DNA of 64,000 bases from an uncultured delta proteobacterium (GCA_963760795.1 CAVXEP010000011.1:24349-88348), one strand, 5' to 3'; shown: positions 1-10,249, numbered from the stretch's first letter. Program-made: numbers and translations. The notes: a model not told the origin generated them from the sequence alone.

Positions 1-317
1 AAACCGAAAGGTTGTTCCATGCGACGCGTGACTGCATGGCGGAATGGATCGAGCGTCTACGCAAAGATACCGGCAAGAATTTCCCCGAGCGGGTGACTGC
101 CTTCCGCGACGATATGGCGGTTCACGGCAAGTATCGCAAACCCTGTCCGGTGTGCGGCGCGCCGGTGCAGCGCATTGTCTACGCGGAGAACGAGACCAAC
201 TACTGCGCCAAGTGCCAGACCGGCGGCAAGTTGCTCGCCGACAGAAGCCTGTCGCGTCTGCTCAAAGATGATTGGCCGCGCACCTTGGAGGAGATGGAGG
301 ATGGGAGACGTTCCTAG
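1..317 (+). CDS. Fpg/Nei family DNA glycosylase, C-terminal part (5' end outside window)
   Basis: C-terminal zinc finger [26 protein letters not shown] is typical of Fpg/Nei enzymes. Confidence 0.85.
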   Translation, partial: TERLFHATRDCMAEWIERLRKDTGKNFPERVTAFRDDMAVHGKYRKPCPVCGAPVQRIVYAENETNYCAKCQTGGKLLADRSLSRLLKDDWPRTLEEMEDGRRS

Positions 318-450
318 ATTATGAGCGATTGCGTCCTGTTGCCCTAACTCGCCAATGTTGTATCTTTTCGCCTGTGTTTACCCACTGCGCGGGTGTTAGT
401 TGTCTTCATCCAAGCGCGGATCTTTGAACGTAACGAATGGAGTCCGGCAC

Positions 451-2160
451 TTGCCACACAACGTTGCCCTGATTACGACGCTCGTTGCCGCGCTTGGCGC
501 GGCATTGGCTTTTGGCTTTTTGGCCGCGCGGCTCAAGCTGCCGGTTCTGGTCGGCTACCTCGCTGCCGGCATTGTCATTGGTCCATTTACACCCGGCTTT
601 GTCGCGGACGCCGAACTTTCGGCCCAGTTTGCCGAAATTGGCGTCATGCTGCTTATGTTCGGTGTGGGACTGCATTTCTCCATTGACGAGCTGCTGGCGG
701 TTCGCAAGATTGCCATACCCGGAGCGATCGTGCAGATCACCGTCGCGACACTGCTTGGACTTGCTCTTAGCAATCTTTGGGGTTGGAAGCTCGCCGAGGG
801 GCTCGTGTTCGGACTGACATTATCGGTCGCGAGTACGGTTGTGCTCCTCAGAGCCTTGGAAAGCCGGGGTATTCTAGAAACGGTCAACGGGCACATTGCG
901 GTCGGTTGGTTGATCGTCGAGGATTTGGTCACGGTGCTGGTTTTGGTTTTGATGCCGCCCCTTTCTTTGTGGCTCGGCGGTTCCGGGGGCGGTCAAGTTA
1001 CCGGTCAAGACTTGTTCATCGCCGTTGCGTTGACCTTGGGCAAGGTCGCGCTCTTTGTCGGCTTTATGGTGATTGGCGGGCGACGTTTTGTTCCCTGGAT
1101 TGCCTGGCATATCGCGCGTGTTGGACCGCGCGAACTTTTCACCTTGTGCGTCATTGCCATCGCGATGGGGATCGCTTACGGCGCCGCCGAACTCTTCGGG
1201 GTCTCGTTCGCCCTCGGCGCATTCTTCGCGGGAATGGTCATGCGGGAGTCGCCATTGAGTCACCGGGCTGCGGAGGAGTCGTTGCCATTCAGAGACTCTT
1301 TTTCGGTTTTGTTTTTCGTTTCGGTCGGCATGCTCTTTGATCCGCAGGTCCTGCTTCACGAACCGCTGCGTATTGTGGCGGTCGTGGCGATTATAGTTAT
1401 AGGCAAATCGCTCGCCGCTTTTGTTTTGGTCTTGCTCTTCGGTTATCCGCTCAATACCGCTCTAACGGTCTCCGCAGGTCTAGCTCAGATCGGCGAGTTT
1501 TCTTTTATCCTTGCTGGATTGGGGCTGTCCCTGGGCATTCTGCCGGAAGAAGCTAGAAGTCTAATTCTCGCCGGAGCGATTATTTCGATCGCCGTCAATC
1601 CGTTGGTCTTCCACGCGATCGAGCCTTTACAGGTATGGATTCGGGCAAAATCTAAACGCGCCCAACTCTTCGAACGTTCCGAGGATCCGCTCGCGACATT
1701 ACCGATGAGCGTCGATCTGAATCGACTCTCCGGCCATGTCGTTATCGTCGGTTTTGGCAGAGTGGGGCGACGCATCGGGGCTGCGCTCGCCGCGCAGGGG
1801 ATTTCGTTTGTGCTCGCTGAGGAAAATCGTGAAATTATCCAGGCGGCCAGAGAGCAAGGAATCGCAGCCGTATCGGGAGATGCGACCGAACCGATGGTGC
1901 TGGTCCAGGCGCACATCCACCGCGCGCGCTTACTGGTCATCGCCACGCCCGACAGCTTGAACGTTCGCCGCATGATCGAGATCGCCCGCACCGTCAACCC
2001 GCGCATCGAGACCGTGGTGCGCACCCATAGCGAGCAAGAGGCGGAGCTGCTGGAGAAGGAAGGCGCGGGCAAAATTTTCCTCGGCGAACATGAACTGGCC
2101 AGCAGCATGAGCCAATACGTGCTCGGCCGCTATGCGGTTAAAGTCGAGCAGGCAGGCTAG
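451..2160 (+). CDS. ybaL: Kef/CPA2-family cation:proton antiporter with C-terminal TrkA-N (RCK) domain, YbaL-like
   Basis: Many TM helices; motifs AEIGVMLLMFGVGLHFS and LAQIGEFSFIL; GFGRVG nucleotide-binding motif in the C-terminal domain. Start placed at TTG 451 after GGAG (ORF open from 400). Confidence 0.9.
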   Translation: MPHNVALITTLVAALGAALAFGFLAARLKLPVLVGYLAAGIVIGPFTPGFVADAELSAQFAEIGVMLLMFGVGLHFSIDELLAVRKIAIPGAIVQITVATLLGLALSNLWGWKLAEGLVFGLTLSVASTVVLLRALESRGILETVNGHIAVGWLIVEDLVTVLVLVLMPPLSLWLGGSGGGQVTGQDLFIAVALTLGKVALFVGFMVIGGRRFVPWIAWHIARVGPRELFTLCVIAIAMGIAYGAAELFGVSFALGAFFAGMVMRESPLSHRAAEESLPFRDSFSVLFFVSVGMLFDPQVLLHEPLRIVAVVAIIVIGKSLAAFVLVLLFGYPLNTALTVSAGLAQIGEFSFILAGLGLSLGILPEEARSLILAGAIISIAVNPLVFHAIEPLQVWIRAKSKRAQLFERSEDPLATLPMSVDLNRLSGHVVIVGFGRVGRRIGAALAAQGISFVLAEENREIIQAAREQGIAAVSGDATEPMVLVQAHIHRARLLVIATPDSLNVRRMIEIARTVNPRIETVVRTHSEQEAELLEKEGAGKIFLGEHELASSMSQYVLGRYAVKVEQAG

Positions 2161-2254
2161 AGGGCACGCTTGGTTTTGCGACTAGAGGCGATTAGTAATG
2201 GTGTTTCAGAATGCCACGGCAAAAATTTCAGGTTAGATTGCCGCGGACTTCACG

Positions 2255-2848
2255 CTAGCAGGACATCGGCAAAAATTTAGGCTGCTCGGTTACGCGCCCT
2301 ATCCAGCCGCGAATCTTTGGAAAATCACTCAGTGGAAAGCCGCCTTCATCCGCGACATGAGTATAGGCGAACAGCGCGATGTCGGCGATGGAATAGTCGC
2401 CGACGAAGAAGTCGTTCTTTGCCAGATGGTCTTCCATGATTTTGAGCGCGGCCCAGCCGCCGTCGCGTTTGGCTGCTAGCAACGCGGCGCGCTCGGCAGT
2501 GTCGGGTTTGTGCTGGAGCCAGAAGCGCGAAGTGGCGATAAACGGCTCGTGGCTGTATTGCTCGAAGAACATCCACTGAAATACCTGGCCGAATCTCTTG
2601 CGATCGTCGGGGAGATATTTCGTGCCGCGGGCGAGGTAGGCGAGGATGGCGTTGGATTCGGCCAGGATGAATCCATTGTCGTCGAGCACCGGTGTGCGGC
2701 CGTTGGGATTGATCTTGAGAAACTCAGGGGTGCGGCTTTCGCCTCTTAATATATCGACTTCGACGATCTCGCAGGGAATTCCCAACTGCGCGAGCAGCAG
2801 GCGGACTTTGTAGGAGTTGCCCGAGTAGGCGACGTTGTATAACTTCAT
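2255..2848 (-). CDS. Glutathione S-transferase family protein
   Basis: SGNSYKVRLLL, INPNGRTPVL, ESNAILAYLA and SIADIALFAY GST motifs. Confidence 0.92.
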   Translation of the reverse strand: MKLYNVAYSGNSYKVRLLLAQLGIPCEIVEVDILRGESRTPEFLKINPNGRTPVLDDNGFILAESNAILAYLARGTKYLPDDRKRFGQVFQWMFFEQYSHEPFIATSRFWLQHKPDTAERAALLAAKRDGGWAALKIMEDHLAKNDFFVGDYSIADIALFAYTHVADEGGFPLSDFPKIRGWIGRVTEQPKFLPMSC

Positions 2849-2859
2849 CAAATACTTCT

Positions 2860-2967
2860 GTTCAAGGGTTCAAGGTTCAAAGGTTCAACGTCAGAGGCTC
2901 GCTGCCACAAAATGACTACGCTCTGTTGTTGTCCGATTGAACCTTGAACTTTCGAACCTTTGAACGG
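2860..2967. repeat. Inverted arrays of GGTTCAA-type short units (long imperfect hairpin)
   Basis: gttcaagggttcaaggttcaaaggttcaa at 2860-2888 faces ttgaaccttgaactttcgaacctttgaac at 2937-2965. Confidence 0.8.
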
Positions 2968-2979
2968 TTTAAGCTTCGC

Positions 2980-4116
2980 TTAAACCTGACTTTCCAGTAT
3001 TTCCAGTCCGTCATAGCGATCGATCAAATACAGCTTGCCGTCCTTGTCGTGGAAAACATCGTTGCTCATGACGACGCTCTGGTCTTTGCCCGGGTTGGGG
3101 ACGTAGCAGCCAACTTCCTTGGGTTGGTACGGATTGGAAAAATCCACGGCGCGCAGGCCGCCGGCGAACCAGGTGACGTAGAGCGTGTTGCCGTAGACTT
3201 GCTCGGCCGGCTGGTGCGCGCCGAAGCGGTTCTTCGGTGTCGATTTTCCTTCGAAGGGGACGATGAACGTGGCGACGGGCAGCGGCAAATCCTCTTTGGT
3301 GATGTCGACCACCCAGAGAAAGGCGTTGTGGGTTTCGTTCAACTTTTCGCCGACCTCCTCGTCGGTGACGATGAGCCAGTCGCGTTCCATGATTTTGTTC
3401 AACAACGGCAGAGTCGTGTGGGTTGGGCAGGGATAGGGCGGGCTCCAGTCGAGCATGCTGACGGTTCTCGGCGTGGTTAAATTGGATATATCGACGATGG
3501 CGAAGCCGCCATGCCAGTAGCTGATGTAGAGGCGATCGCCGCGGCGGATGGGGTGATGGCAGCGGGTGTCGGCGCCTTTGAAATTCGGCGTCTCGCCGCC
3601 GGCGACCCATTGTCCGGGCATCCACCAACGCATGGCTTCTTCCGGCTGCTCGGGATTCTTCATGTCGAGCATCATGGCGATATTACCTTGGTAGCCGTCC
3701 ACCGTCGGCGAGATGTAGGCGTAGCGGCCGTCGTAGGTGAAACGGTGCACGCCCTTGCCCGGCGTCTTGTACATGGCGATCTCACGGGGTTTCGACTTAT
3801 TCGATATGTCGAATATCTTGAGGCCCGATTGCAGCTCGTGCTTGGCCTTGTAGCGCTCGTAGTTGACCAGCATGATGTCGCCGCTGACGCGCACTTTGTG
3901 AGAGTGCAATCCCTCGGGGATTTCAATGTGCGCGACGATCTTGGGATTCTTGGGATCTTTGACGTCGATGATCGAGGTGCCATGCGGCGGGTCCATGTGG
4001 CCGACGTAGGCGTAGCCGTTTTCGACCACCACCGAGCCGCCGCCGGGTAAATCCATGCGGCCGATCTGTTTGATGTTCTTGCTGATGCCGACTGGGGCGC
4101 TGATGTCCGATGCCAT
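2980..4116 (-). CDS. LVIVD-repeat beta-propeller protein
   Basis: Repeated IIDVKDP / IFDISN / IVDISN / VVDIT / AVDFSNP blades with conserved His motifs. Confidence 0.85.
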   Translation of the reverse strand: MASDISAPVGISKNIKQIGRMDLPGGGSVVVENGYAYVGHMDPPHGTSIIDVKDPKNPKIVAHIEIPEGLHSHKVRVSGDIMLVNYERYKAKHELQSGLKIFDISNKSKPREIAMYKTPGKGVHRFTYDGRYAYISPTVDGYQGNIAMMLDMKNPEQPEEAMRWWMPGQWVAGGETPNFKGADTRCHHPIRRGDRLYISYWHGGFAIVDISNLTTPRTVSMLDWSPPYPCPTHTTLPLLNKIMERDWLIVTDEEVGEKLNETHNAFLWVVDITKEDLPLPVATFIVPFEGKSTPKNRFGAHQPAEQVYGNTLYVTWFAGGLRAVDFSNPYQPKEVGCYVPNPGKDQSVVMSNDVFHDKDGKLYLIDRYDGLEILESQV

Positions 4117-4151
4117 AGGTGACTCCTTAGTTAGTCGATCAAATTTCTATC

Positions 4152-4231
4152 TCACCACGAAGGCACGAAGGACACGAAGGGTTCGGATAGATATTATTCC
4201 GAACTTCGCGCTCTTCGTGCCTTCATGGTGA
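4152..4231. repeat. CACGAAG-unit palindromic intergenic repeat
   Basis: tcaccacgaaggcacgaaggacacgaag ... cttcgcgctcttcgtgccttcatggtga; a related copy begins near 34044. Confidence 0.8.
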
Positions 4232-4245
4232 AAGATGTCTTCACA

Positions 4246-4884
4246 TCATTTCCCAGCCTTTTCGATCATCGCGATCACTTGCGCCGTCGTGCGCACGCGC
4301 GACATGCGCGGGAACACCAGTTCCATCAGCATGTCATGGGCGCGCTGGTCGTGGGATGTGCCGCAGGCGTCGCTGACGACGATGGAGTTATAGTCCAAGT
4401 CGCGGGCGGAATACAGAGTCGAGGTGACGCCGACGTCGGTCGAGCCGCCTGACACGATTAGTGTGTCGATGCCGCGGCTGCGCAGGGCGAGATCAAGATA
4501 GGTCTGGTGAAACGCGCTCCAGCGATATTTGACGATGTAGTAATCGTCCGGCGCCGGCCCCAAGTCAGCGAGCACGTCGGAACTCTTGTCGCCGGCGATA
4601 ACATGCATTTTGGTTTTGGTCACCTCGCCATTGGGCCAAGGGATCAACGAGTTATTGGTGTCGGTGGCGATAAGCGCGGTGGTGGCGTTGTCGGGCCGAT
4701 GGTTGCCCTTGGCGAAGAATACCGGCAAGCCGGCGGCCCGGCCGGCTTTGCTGAGCCTGACGGCATTCTGTATCCACGGTTTCAGCACCCGCGGCTGTCC
4801 CGGCGCGGGCTCGGCAACGTAGCCGTTGAGTATGTCGAAAAAAAGCAAGGCGGTTTTCGTGAGATTGAAATCGCTGATGTTCAT
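4246..4884 (-). CDS. Isochorismatase-like cysteine hydrolase family protein
   Basis: TALLFFDILN, KYRWSAFHQTYLDLALRSRGIDTL and VVSDAC motifs; the usual catalytic Cys position reads TDVGV. Confidence 0.85.
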   Translation of the reverse strand: MNISDFNLTKTALLFFDILNGYVAEPAPGQPRVLKPWIQNAVRLSKAGRAAGLPVFFAKGNHRPDNATTALIATDTNNSLIPWPNGEVTKTKMHVIAGDKSSDVLADLGPAPDDYYIVKYRWSAFHQTYLDLALRSRGIDTLIVSGGSTDVGVTSTLYSARDLDYNSIVVSDACGTSHDQRAHDMLMELVFPRMSRVRTTAQVIAMIEKAGK

Positions 4885-5024
4885 TTCTCGTCTTAGCTCC
4901 TCTTGGCGCTGGTAGTCAATTCAATTCGCTGCACTCTAGCGCGGCTTGTGGTTTCGGTCCAGTTGTCTAAATGTGTTCACCACAACAGGTGAAGCTACCC
5001 CTGAAGAGAATCGGCGCCCGAGAA

Positions 5025-5106
5025 TTAGCCGCAAAGAACGCAAAATTCGCAAACGGGTTGAGTATGAAATTATTGGAATTGTGGCCTTTGCGTTCATTGC
5101 GGCCAA
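5025..5106. repeat. GCCGCAAAGAACGCAAA-type palindromic intergenic repeat
   Basis: ttagccgcaaagaacgcaaa ... ctttgcgttcattgcggccaa; related copies near 13343, 34085, 35396, 36058 and 44820. Confidence 0.78.
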
Positions 5107-5135
5107 CCCTTCGAATCCGAATCTATTTCTGACAG

Positions 5136-5894
5136 CTATCTGATTTTGCTCCCCTGCTTTTCTTTTTCCTCGACGACTTTCCAGCCTTGGTTGGCGTACC
5201 ACTCGATCTGGCGGAACATGCCGGTCAAGATTCTTACGTCCCTGTCTTCGAGGGCGGCACGGCCGAAGATGCGCCGGAAGGCGAGCAGCATATGTTCGGG
5301 ATTCTCCACGTTCAAGAAGCCGATTTTGAGCAGCGAGTTACGCATGATGTCGAAGAGCCGCTCGATCGTCTCGGCTTCGGCACGTTGGATGGCGTCATCC
5401 GCCGTGGTCTCCAATGTGGCGATGTAGAACTCGTATAAGCAAACCACCGCGGCCTGGGCGACGTTGAGCGAACGGTAATCGGGATGAGACGGGATATCCA
5501 CCAAAAGCTGGCAGTGCTCGAGGTCTTTATTGCTCAGACCGTGATCTTCGGGGCCGAAGATCAGCGCGACTTTGCCTTGCTTGGTGGCGGCGGCGACGAT
5601 GGGCGCAACTTCGCGCGGCGCTTGGCTATGGGCGCGGTAGAGCCCCTCGCGGCAGGTGGTGCCGATCACCAGCGCGCAATCGGCGATGGCGGCGCGGATG
5701 GTTTCGTAAAACTTCGCTTCGCTGAGAACGTCGCGGCCGTGCACGGCCATCGCCTTGGCCCAGAAGCTCTGGGTGCGCGCGCTGCCGACGATGGCGAGTT
5801 CGCCGCCGCCGAAGTTTTTCATCGCGCGCGCCACCGAACCGATATTGCCCGAACCGCGCGGCCGAACCATGATAATTCGGATGTTATTCAGCAT
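5136..5894 (-). CDS. trmJ: SPOUT RNA methyltransferase, TrmJ/YjtD/LasT family
   Basis: GNIGSVARAMKNFG, LIFGPEDHGLSN and SLNVAQA motifs; TrmJ-type C-terminal helices; ATG at 5894. Confidence 0.88.
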   Translation of the reverse strand: MLNNIRIIMVRPRGSGNIGSVARAMKNFGGGELAIVGSARTQSFWAKAMAVHGRDVLSEAKFYETIRAAIADCALVIGTTCREGLYRAHSQAPREVAPIVAAATKQGKVALIFGPEDHGLSNKDLEHCQLLVDIPSHPDYRSLNVAQAAVVCLYEFYIATLETTADDAIQRAEAETIERLFDIMRNSLLKIGFLNVENPEHMLLAFRRIFGRAALEDRDVRILTGMFRQIEWYANQGWKVVEEKEKQGSKIR

Positions 5895-6016
5895 GGAAAA
5901 AGCTTTTGGAACATTTGGCACGATTTGAACGTCTGGAAGCTATTCCATTTGATTCCAAATGATTCAAGGTGCCAATCGATCCAGGATCTTGCTGAACACG
6001 ACTATCGCCGTGCGAG

Positions 6017-6673
6017 TTATTTGGCAAATGGGCAGGAGCGGTTGTTTTGGATGATCTTGCGGTTCTTGGCGTCGAATTCGCTGCGATATTCGAAGTTCTC
6101 GTGCATGATCGAGTTGAAGTCGTCGACATGTTCGGCGCCGAACACATGGCCAACCTCGTGGACTAATGCGAGGACGTCGGAGTCTAGTTCCGTGGTCTGC
6201 CCAGTGTAGCGAAACAGTTTCCGTGTCGGCAGGATGATGTAGCGCGCCAAGCCTTGGCTGCAATTGCCGATGCGATCGACGCGCGGCCGGCCGTCGCTAA
6301 GGATGCGGCTGACATTTTCCCCGGAAAAAGCGACGACAATGTCATAGCTGCCATCCGCTGATGTGACCGGGAATTGTTTCAGTAAGCGCGCCAGCAAGGT
6401 TGGCGTGGACGGCACTCTCTCGTTTTCGGGCCAAGCGGCAACGCTTTGGGTAATCAGTCGAATGCCGAACTCTTGTTCATAGTAGTCCGATGCCGCCTCG
6501 ATCAGACCGCGAGCCTCTCGGTCCCACCCAGGATTTCGATTTCTGAAAGGGACGTCCACCAGCGCCTTGACCCGAACCACGCGCGCGGGCGGCGATGGCT
6601 CGAAGGCCGAGCAGGCGGCGAGGAAGACGAGCGCGCTAAGGATTGAGCAGATTGTCCGTCGGTGCGAAATCAT
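6017..6673 (-). CDS. Metzincin (matrixin/M12-like) metalloprotease, predicted lipoprotein
   Basis: HEVGHVFGAEH zinc motif followed by an SIM Met-turn; N-terminal lipobox LAAC. Confidence 0.82.
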   Translation of the reverse strand: MISHRRTICSILSALVFLAACSAFEPSPPARVVRVKALVDVPFRNRNPGWDREARGLIEAASDYYEQEFGIRLITQSVAAWPENERVPSTPTLLARLLKQFPVTSADGSYDIVVAFSGENVSRILSDGRPRVDRIGNCSQGLARYIILPTRKLFRYTGQTTELDSDVLALVHEVGHVFGAEHVDDFNSIMHENFEYRSEFDAKNRKIIQNNRSCPFAK

Positions 6674-8144
6674 CGGTCAGGATCGGGGCGTCCTCCGGCA
6701 GCGGCCGGTCATAGTAGGCGACGGCAATGTCTTGGACTGGGTCGGGAAACAGCCCCTTGTCGAGAGCCGTGGCGCGTTTGACGATTTCCTTGATGTCGAC
6801 GCGCTGCTTGTCCCTGGTGGCGACGACGATGACGTTTTGGATGGTTTCCAAGCTGACATTGTCGGGGCGTCGCGATGCGAATATATAGGTCTGCGGGAAA
6901 ACCTGCCGTTGGGTGCGGATAAAAGAACGTGCGATCTTGCCCGAAGGGCCGGTGACCGCACTGATGAGATTGGACACAATGATGCCGTTGGGGGCGAGCT
7001 TTTTCTGTGCCAGTTCGAAAAATTGTTTGGTGGCCAAATGAAACGGCATCGAGTCGGTGAAGTAGGCGTCGAGCATAATGATGTCGTACTGATGCTGGGT
7101 TCGCGTCAAGAACAACCGGCCGTCCTGCGCGTGCAGCGCAAGATTCTTATTTTCGGCGAGGTTGAAATGATCTTTGGCGATCCGAATCACTTCAGGGTCG
7201 AGATCAATGCCGTCGATGACGAGATTGGGAAATTCCTTGTTGAGCTTTTTCGGAATCGACCCGCCGCCGACGCCGATCAGCAGCATGCGTTTGGCATCCG
7301 GACGGAACGTCATGCCGATCGATGTGTAGCGTGAATAGACCAGCCGCAGCGCCGTCGGGTCTTTGAGCGTCATCGCGCTCTGCAGCGTGCGGTCGAAGTA
7401 CATGTAGCGCGCTTCTTCATCCTCCTCGACGCGGATGCGATGGTAAAAAGTATCTTTTTGCAACAAAGTTTTCGCCCAAGCGACGGGCGTCCCGATCAAG
7501 TTGAACGAGCCGAACAACAACCAGCTCGCGGTGACCGCCCGCGTCACCGCCATGCGTTGCAGCCGCATCAAAGGTACTACAATAAGCGATAAAACCACCA
7601 GAGTGACCCCCAAAGAATGAATAATATTGCTGACGCCTAATACCGGTATCAGATAAAACGCGGTAAGCAACGTGCCGAAAATACTGCCGGCGGTGGACAC
7701 CGCGTAGAGCGTGCCGGCGGTGCTGCCGACGGTGTTAATCTTGGTCGCTGCCAGACGAATGACATAGGGCGAGACCGTGCCGAGAAAGACTCCCGGCAAG
7801 AGAAACAGCACGCCGCACGCCAAGAGCGGGCTCAGGCGAATGCCGAGATCGAAGCTGGCGATCCAGTCGTTCATCGCCGGATAGACGAACGGCAGAAAAA
7901 ATATCACGCCCCCTGGGATCGCCAAGAGAGTCGCGAGCTTGCCATAGGAGGGTTCGCGCGCCGACAACCAACCGCCCCAGTAGTAACCGATGCTGAGCGC
8001 GGTCATGACTACCGAGATCAAGCTGCCCCAGACAAAGATCGAGCTGCCGAAGTTGGGCGCCAGGACGCGGCTGCCGGCAATCTCCAACGCCATCAAGACC
8101 GCTCCGCTGACGAATACCACCAAGTAATGCAGGAGCTGCACCAT
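6636..8144 (-). CDS. Fused MFS-like membrane domain / spermidine-synthase-like SAM-binding protein
   Basis: N-terminal TMs (LMALEIAGSRVLAPNFGSSIFVW; YAVSTAGSIFGT) and C-terminal LLIGVGGG, DGRLFL, YDIIMLDAY, ILTDDFAP. Confidence 0.9.
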   Translation of the reverse strand: MVQLLHYLVVFVSGAVLMALEIAGSRVLAPNFGSSIFVWGSLISVVMTALSIGYYWGGWLSAREPSYGKLATLLAIPGGVIFFLPFVYPAMNDWIASFDLGIRLSPLLACGVLFLLPGVFLGTVSPYVIRLAATKINTVGSTAGTLYAVSTAGSIFGTLLTAFYLIPVLGVSNIIHSLGVTLVVLSLIVVPLMRLQRMAVTRAVTASWLLFGSFNLIGTPVAWAKTLLQKDTFYHRIRVEEDEEARYMYFDRTLQSAMTLKDPTALRLVYSRYTSIGMTFRPDAKRMLLIGVGGGSIPKKLNKEFPNLVIDGIDLDPEVIRIAKDHFNLAENKNLALHAQDGRLFLTRTQHQYDIIMLDAYFTDSMPFHLATKQFFELAQKKLAPNGIIVSNLISAVTGPSGKIARSFIRTQRQVFPQTYIFASRRPDNVSLETIQNVIVVATRDKQRVDIKEIVKRATALDKGLFPDPVQDIAVAYYDRPLPEDAPILTDDFAPTDNLLNP

Positions 8145-8146
8145 GT

Positions 8147-10147
8147 TTAACTCTCCCAATTCCAATAAGAGCCCTCGGGCACGAGGGCGACCGGCTCGAG
8201 CATGCGCGACGACATGCCGTCGATAAACTGCGAAGGTTGAGACAATACCATGCGCAAGGTTTTGTCGAAAACCCGGGTTGGATACGAGATGAAAAGATTT
8301 TGCTTCGCCCGGGTGGCGGCGACATAGAGCAGGCGGCGCTCTTCTTCCAAGTCTTCTTGGGAGTTGGTGTTGTAGAGCGACGGGAAGCGGCCTTCGAGCG
8401 CCCAGATAATGAATACCGAGTGAAACTCCAACCCCTTGGCCGAATGAATTGTCGACAGGATCAGCGGCCCTTCGTCGGGATCGACGGCCAGGACGCCGCC
8501 GATGCTATCGTTGGGCGGTTCCAGGGCCATGTCGCTGAGCAGCCGTTCGAGACTGCGATAGCGCTCGGTCATGCTCTGGAAGTGTTCCATGTCTCGCAGA
8601 CGCTTGGGATGATCGTCGGGATAGTGCTGTTTCAAGATCGGCAGATAATACTGCATCAAGTACTGCGCCTGCTCGGACGGCAGTTCGGCCTTGGCTGCTT
8701 CTTCCAACACTTGAGCGAGAGTTCGCAGCCCCTGGGCAATCTTGCCCTTGGCGTTGTAACTGCGCAGCCGCTCGACGGCGTTGCCGCCTTCGAGCAGCCA
8801 TTTGATTACTTTCTGGCTGGCGCCGGGGCCGATGCCTTCGTGCAGCATCAACACGCGGTTCCACGATACCGCGTCCTGCGGATTGGCGATGATTCGTAAA
8901 TGCGCCAGCAGATCTTTGACATGGGCCGCTTCCATGAACTGAAAGCCGCCCCGTTTGACGAATGGAATGTTGTGGCGCGCCAGCTCGATTTCCAGGTCGA
9001 AGGAGTGAAAGCTCGAACGGAACAGCACGGCGATGTCCCACAGCGGCACGCCTTGCTCGCGCAATTCCAAAACTTTCTGGCAGACGAACTGCGATTGCAT
9101 CTGCTCGCTGTCGGCCTGGACCAGCTTGGGCCGGGTGCCGACGCTTTTGCGCGTGAACAGCCGCTTCTCGTAGCCTTCCTTGGCGCGGCTGATGATCTCG
9201 TTGGTGACGTTCAAGATCGGCTGGGTGCTGCGATAATTCTCTTCCAACTTGATGATGCGCGTGCCGGGAAAATGCTTGGGAAAGTCCATGATGTTGCGAA
9301 AGTTGGCGCCGCGAAACGAATAGATGCTCTGGGCATCGTCGCCGACCACCGCGACGTTGTCGTGGGTCGCGGCCAGCAGGCGGACGATCTCCGCCTGCAA
9401 ATGATTGGTATCCTGATACTCGTCGACCATGATGTAACGATAGGTGTCGGACAGGCGGCTGCGGATCTCCGCATGATCGGCGAGCAGATCGCGCAGCTTG
9501 GTCAATAGATCGTCGTAGTCGATCAGGGATTTGGTTCTTTTGTAATCCGTATAGCGGCGCTGGATTTCGCCAAGTTCGAAATTCACCTCGACCAGATGGG
9601 GATACTCGAGTTCCAACAGATCGTTCAACGGAATTTTCTTGTTGAGCGTCATGCTCAAGATCTCGGCCACGGTCTGTTTGCGCGGGAAGCGTTTCTCCTT
9701 GGTATTGAGCCCCATGTCGGCGCGGATGAGCTGGATGATATCCTCGCTGTCGGGACGGTCCATGATGGTGAACGACGAAGCGAGATTGATATGACGGCCA
9801 TGCACGCGCAGCACCAGATTGGCGAACGAGTGAAATGTCCCGCCGGCGATCTGGTTGCACCGGCCATCGATCAATAAACTGGCGCGGCGAATCATCTCCT
9901 CGGCGGAGCGCCGGGTAAAAGTGAGCAAGAGTATCGACCGCGGATCGATCCCTTGATCGATCAGATGGGCGACGCGATAGACCAGCGTGCGGGTCTTGCC
10001 CGTGCCGGCGCCGGCGATGATCAAAAGCGACCCGTCGATCGCCGTCGCCGCCTCATACTGCGCCTCGTTCAACTCCTTGCGGTAGTCGAGCCCTGAGCTG
10101 TTACGAATCGTTTCGCTTAGATCTTTAAGAATGTAAGTGGTGGTCAA
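8147..10147 (-). CDS. uvrD: UvrD/PcrA/Rep family ATP-dependent DNA helicase
   Basis: AGAGTGKT, VDEYQDTN, VGDDAQSIYSFRGA, LEENYRS, STIHSAKGLEF and EERRLLYVAATRAK. Confidence 0.93.
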   Translation of the reverse strand: MTTTYILKDLSETIRNSSGLDYRKELNEAQYEAATAIDGSLLIIAGAGTGKTRTLVYRVAHLIDQGIDPRSILLLTFTRRSAEEMIRRASLLIDGRCNQIAGGTFHSFANLVLRVHGRHINLASSFTIMDRPDSEDIIQLIRADMGLNTKEKRFPRKQTVAEILSMTLNKKIPLNDLLELEYPHLVEVNFELGEIQRRYTDYKRTKSLIDYDDLLTKLRDLLADHAEIRSRLSDTYRYIMVDEYQDTNHLQAEIVRLLAATHDNVAVVGDDAQSIYSFRGANFRNIMDFPKHFPGTRIIKLEENYRSTQPILNVTNEIISRAKEGYEKRLFTRKSVGTRPKLVQADSEQMQSQFVCQKVLELREQGVPLWDIAVLFRSSFHSFDLEIELARHNIPFVKRGGFQFMEAAHVKDLLAHLRIIANPQDAVSWNRVLMLHEGIGPGASQKVIKWLLEGGNAVERLRSYNAKGKIAQGLRTLAQVLEEAAKAELPSEQAQYLMQYYLPILKQHYPDDHPKRLRDMEHFQSMTERYRSLERLLSDMALEPPNDSIGGVLAVDPDEGPLILSTIHSAKGLEFHSVFIIWALEGRFPSLYNTNSQEDLEEERRLLYVAATRAKQNLFISYPTRVFDKTLRMVLSQPSQFIDGMSSRMLEPVALVPEGSYWNWES

Positions 10148-10249
10148 GGAAACTCCGGTTGCAGGGTAAATTACCTACTTTCTCTCAGCCCGGCAAGCGG
10201 TTGGCGCAAATTGAAGGAGCAAATTGAAAACTGATTGGATTTGTTGTCT

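Noticed and set aside
8505-9860. 451-aa alternative-frame ORF within the helicase; similar shadow ORFs at 19890-21089, 11528-12433 and 41714-42883
   Set aside because: Arg/Pro-rich or antisense shadows expected from high-GC codon usage; no motifs
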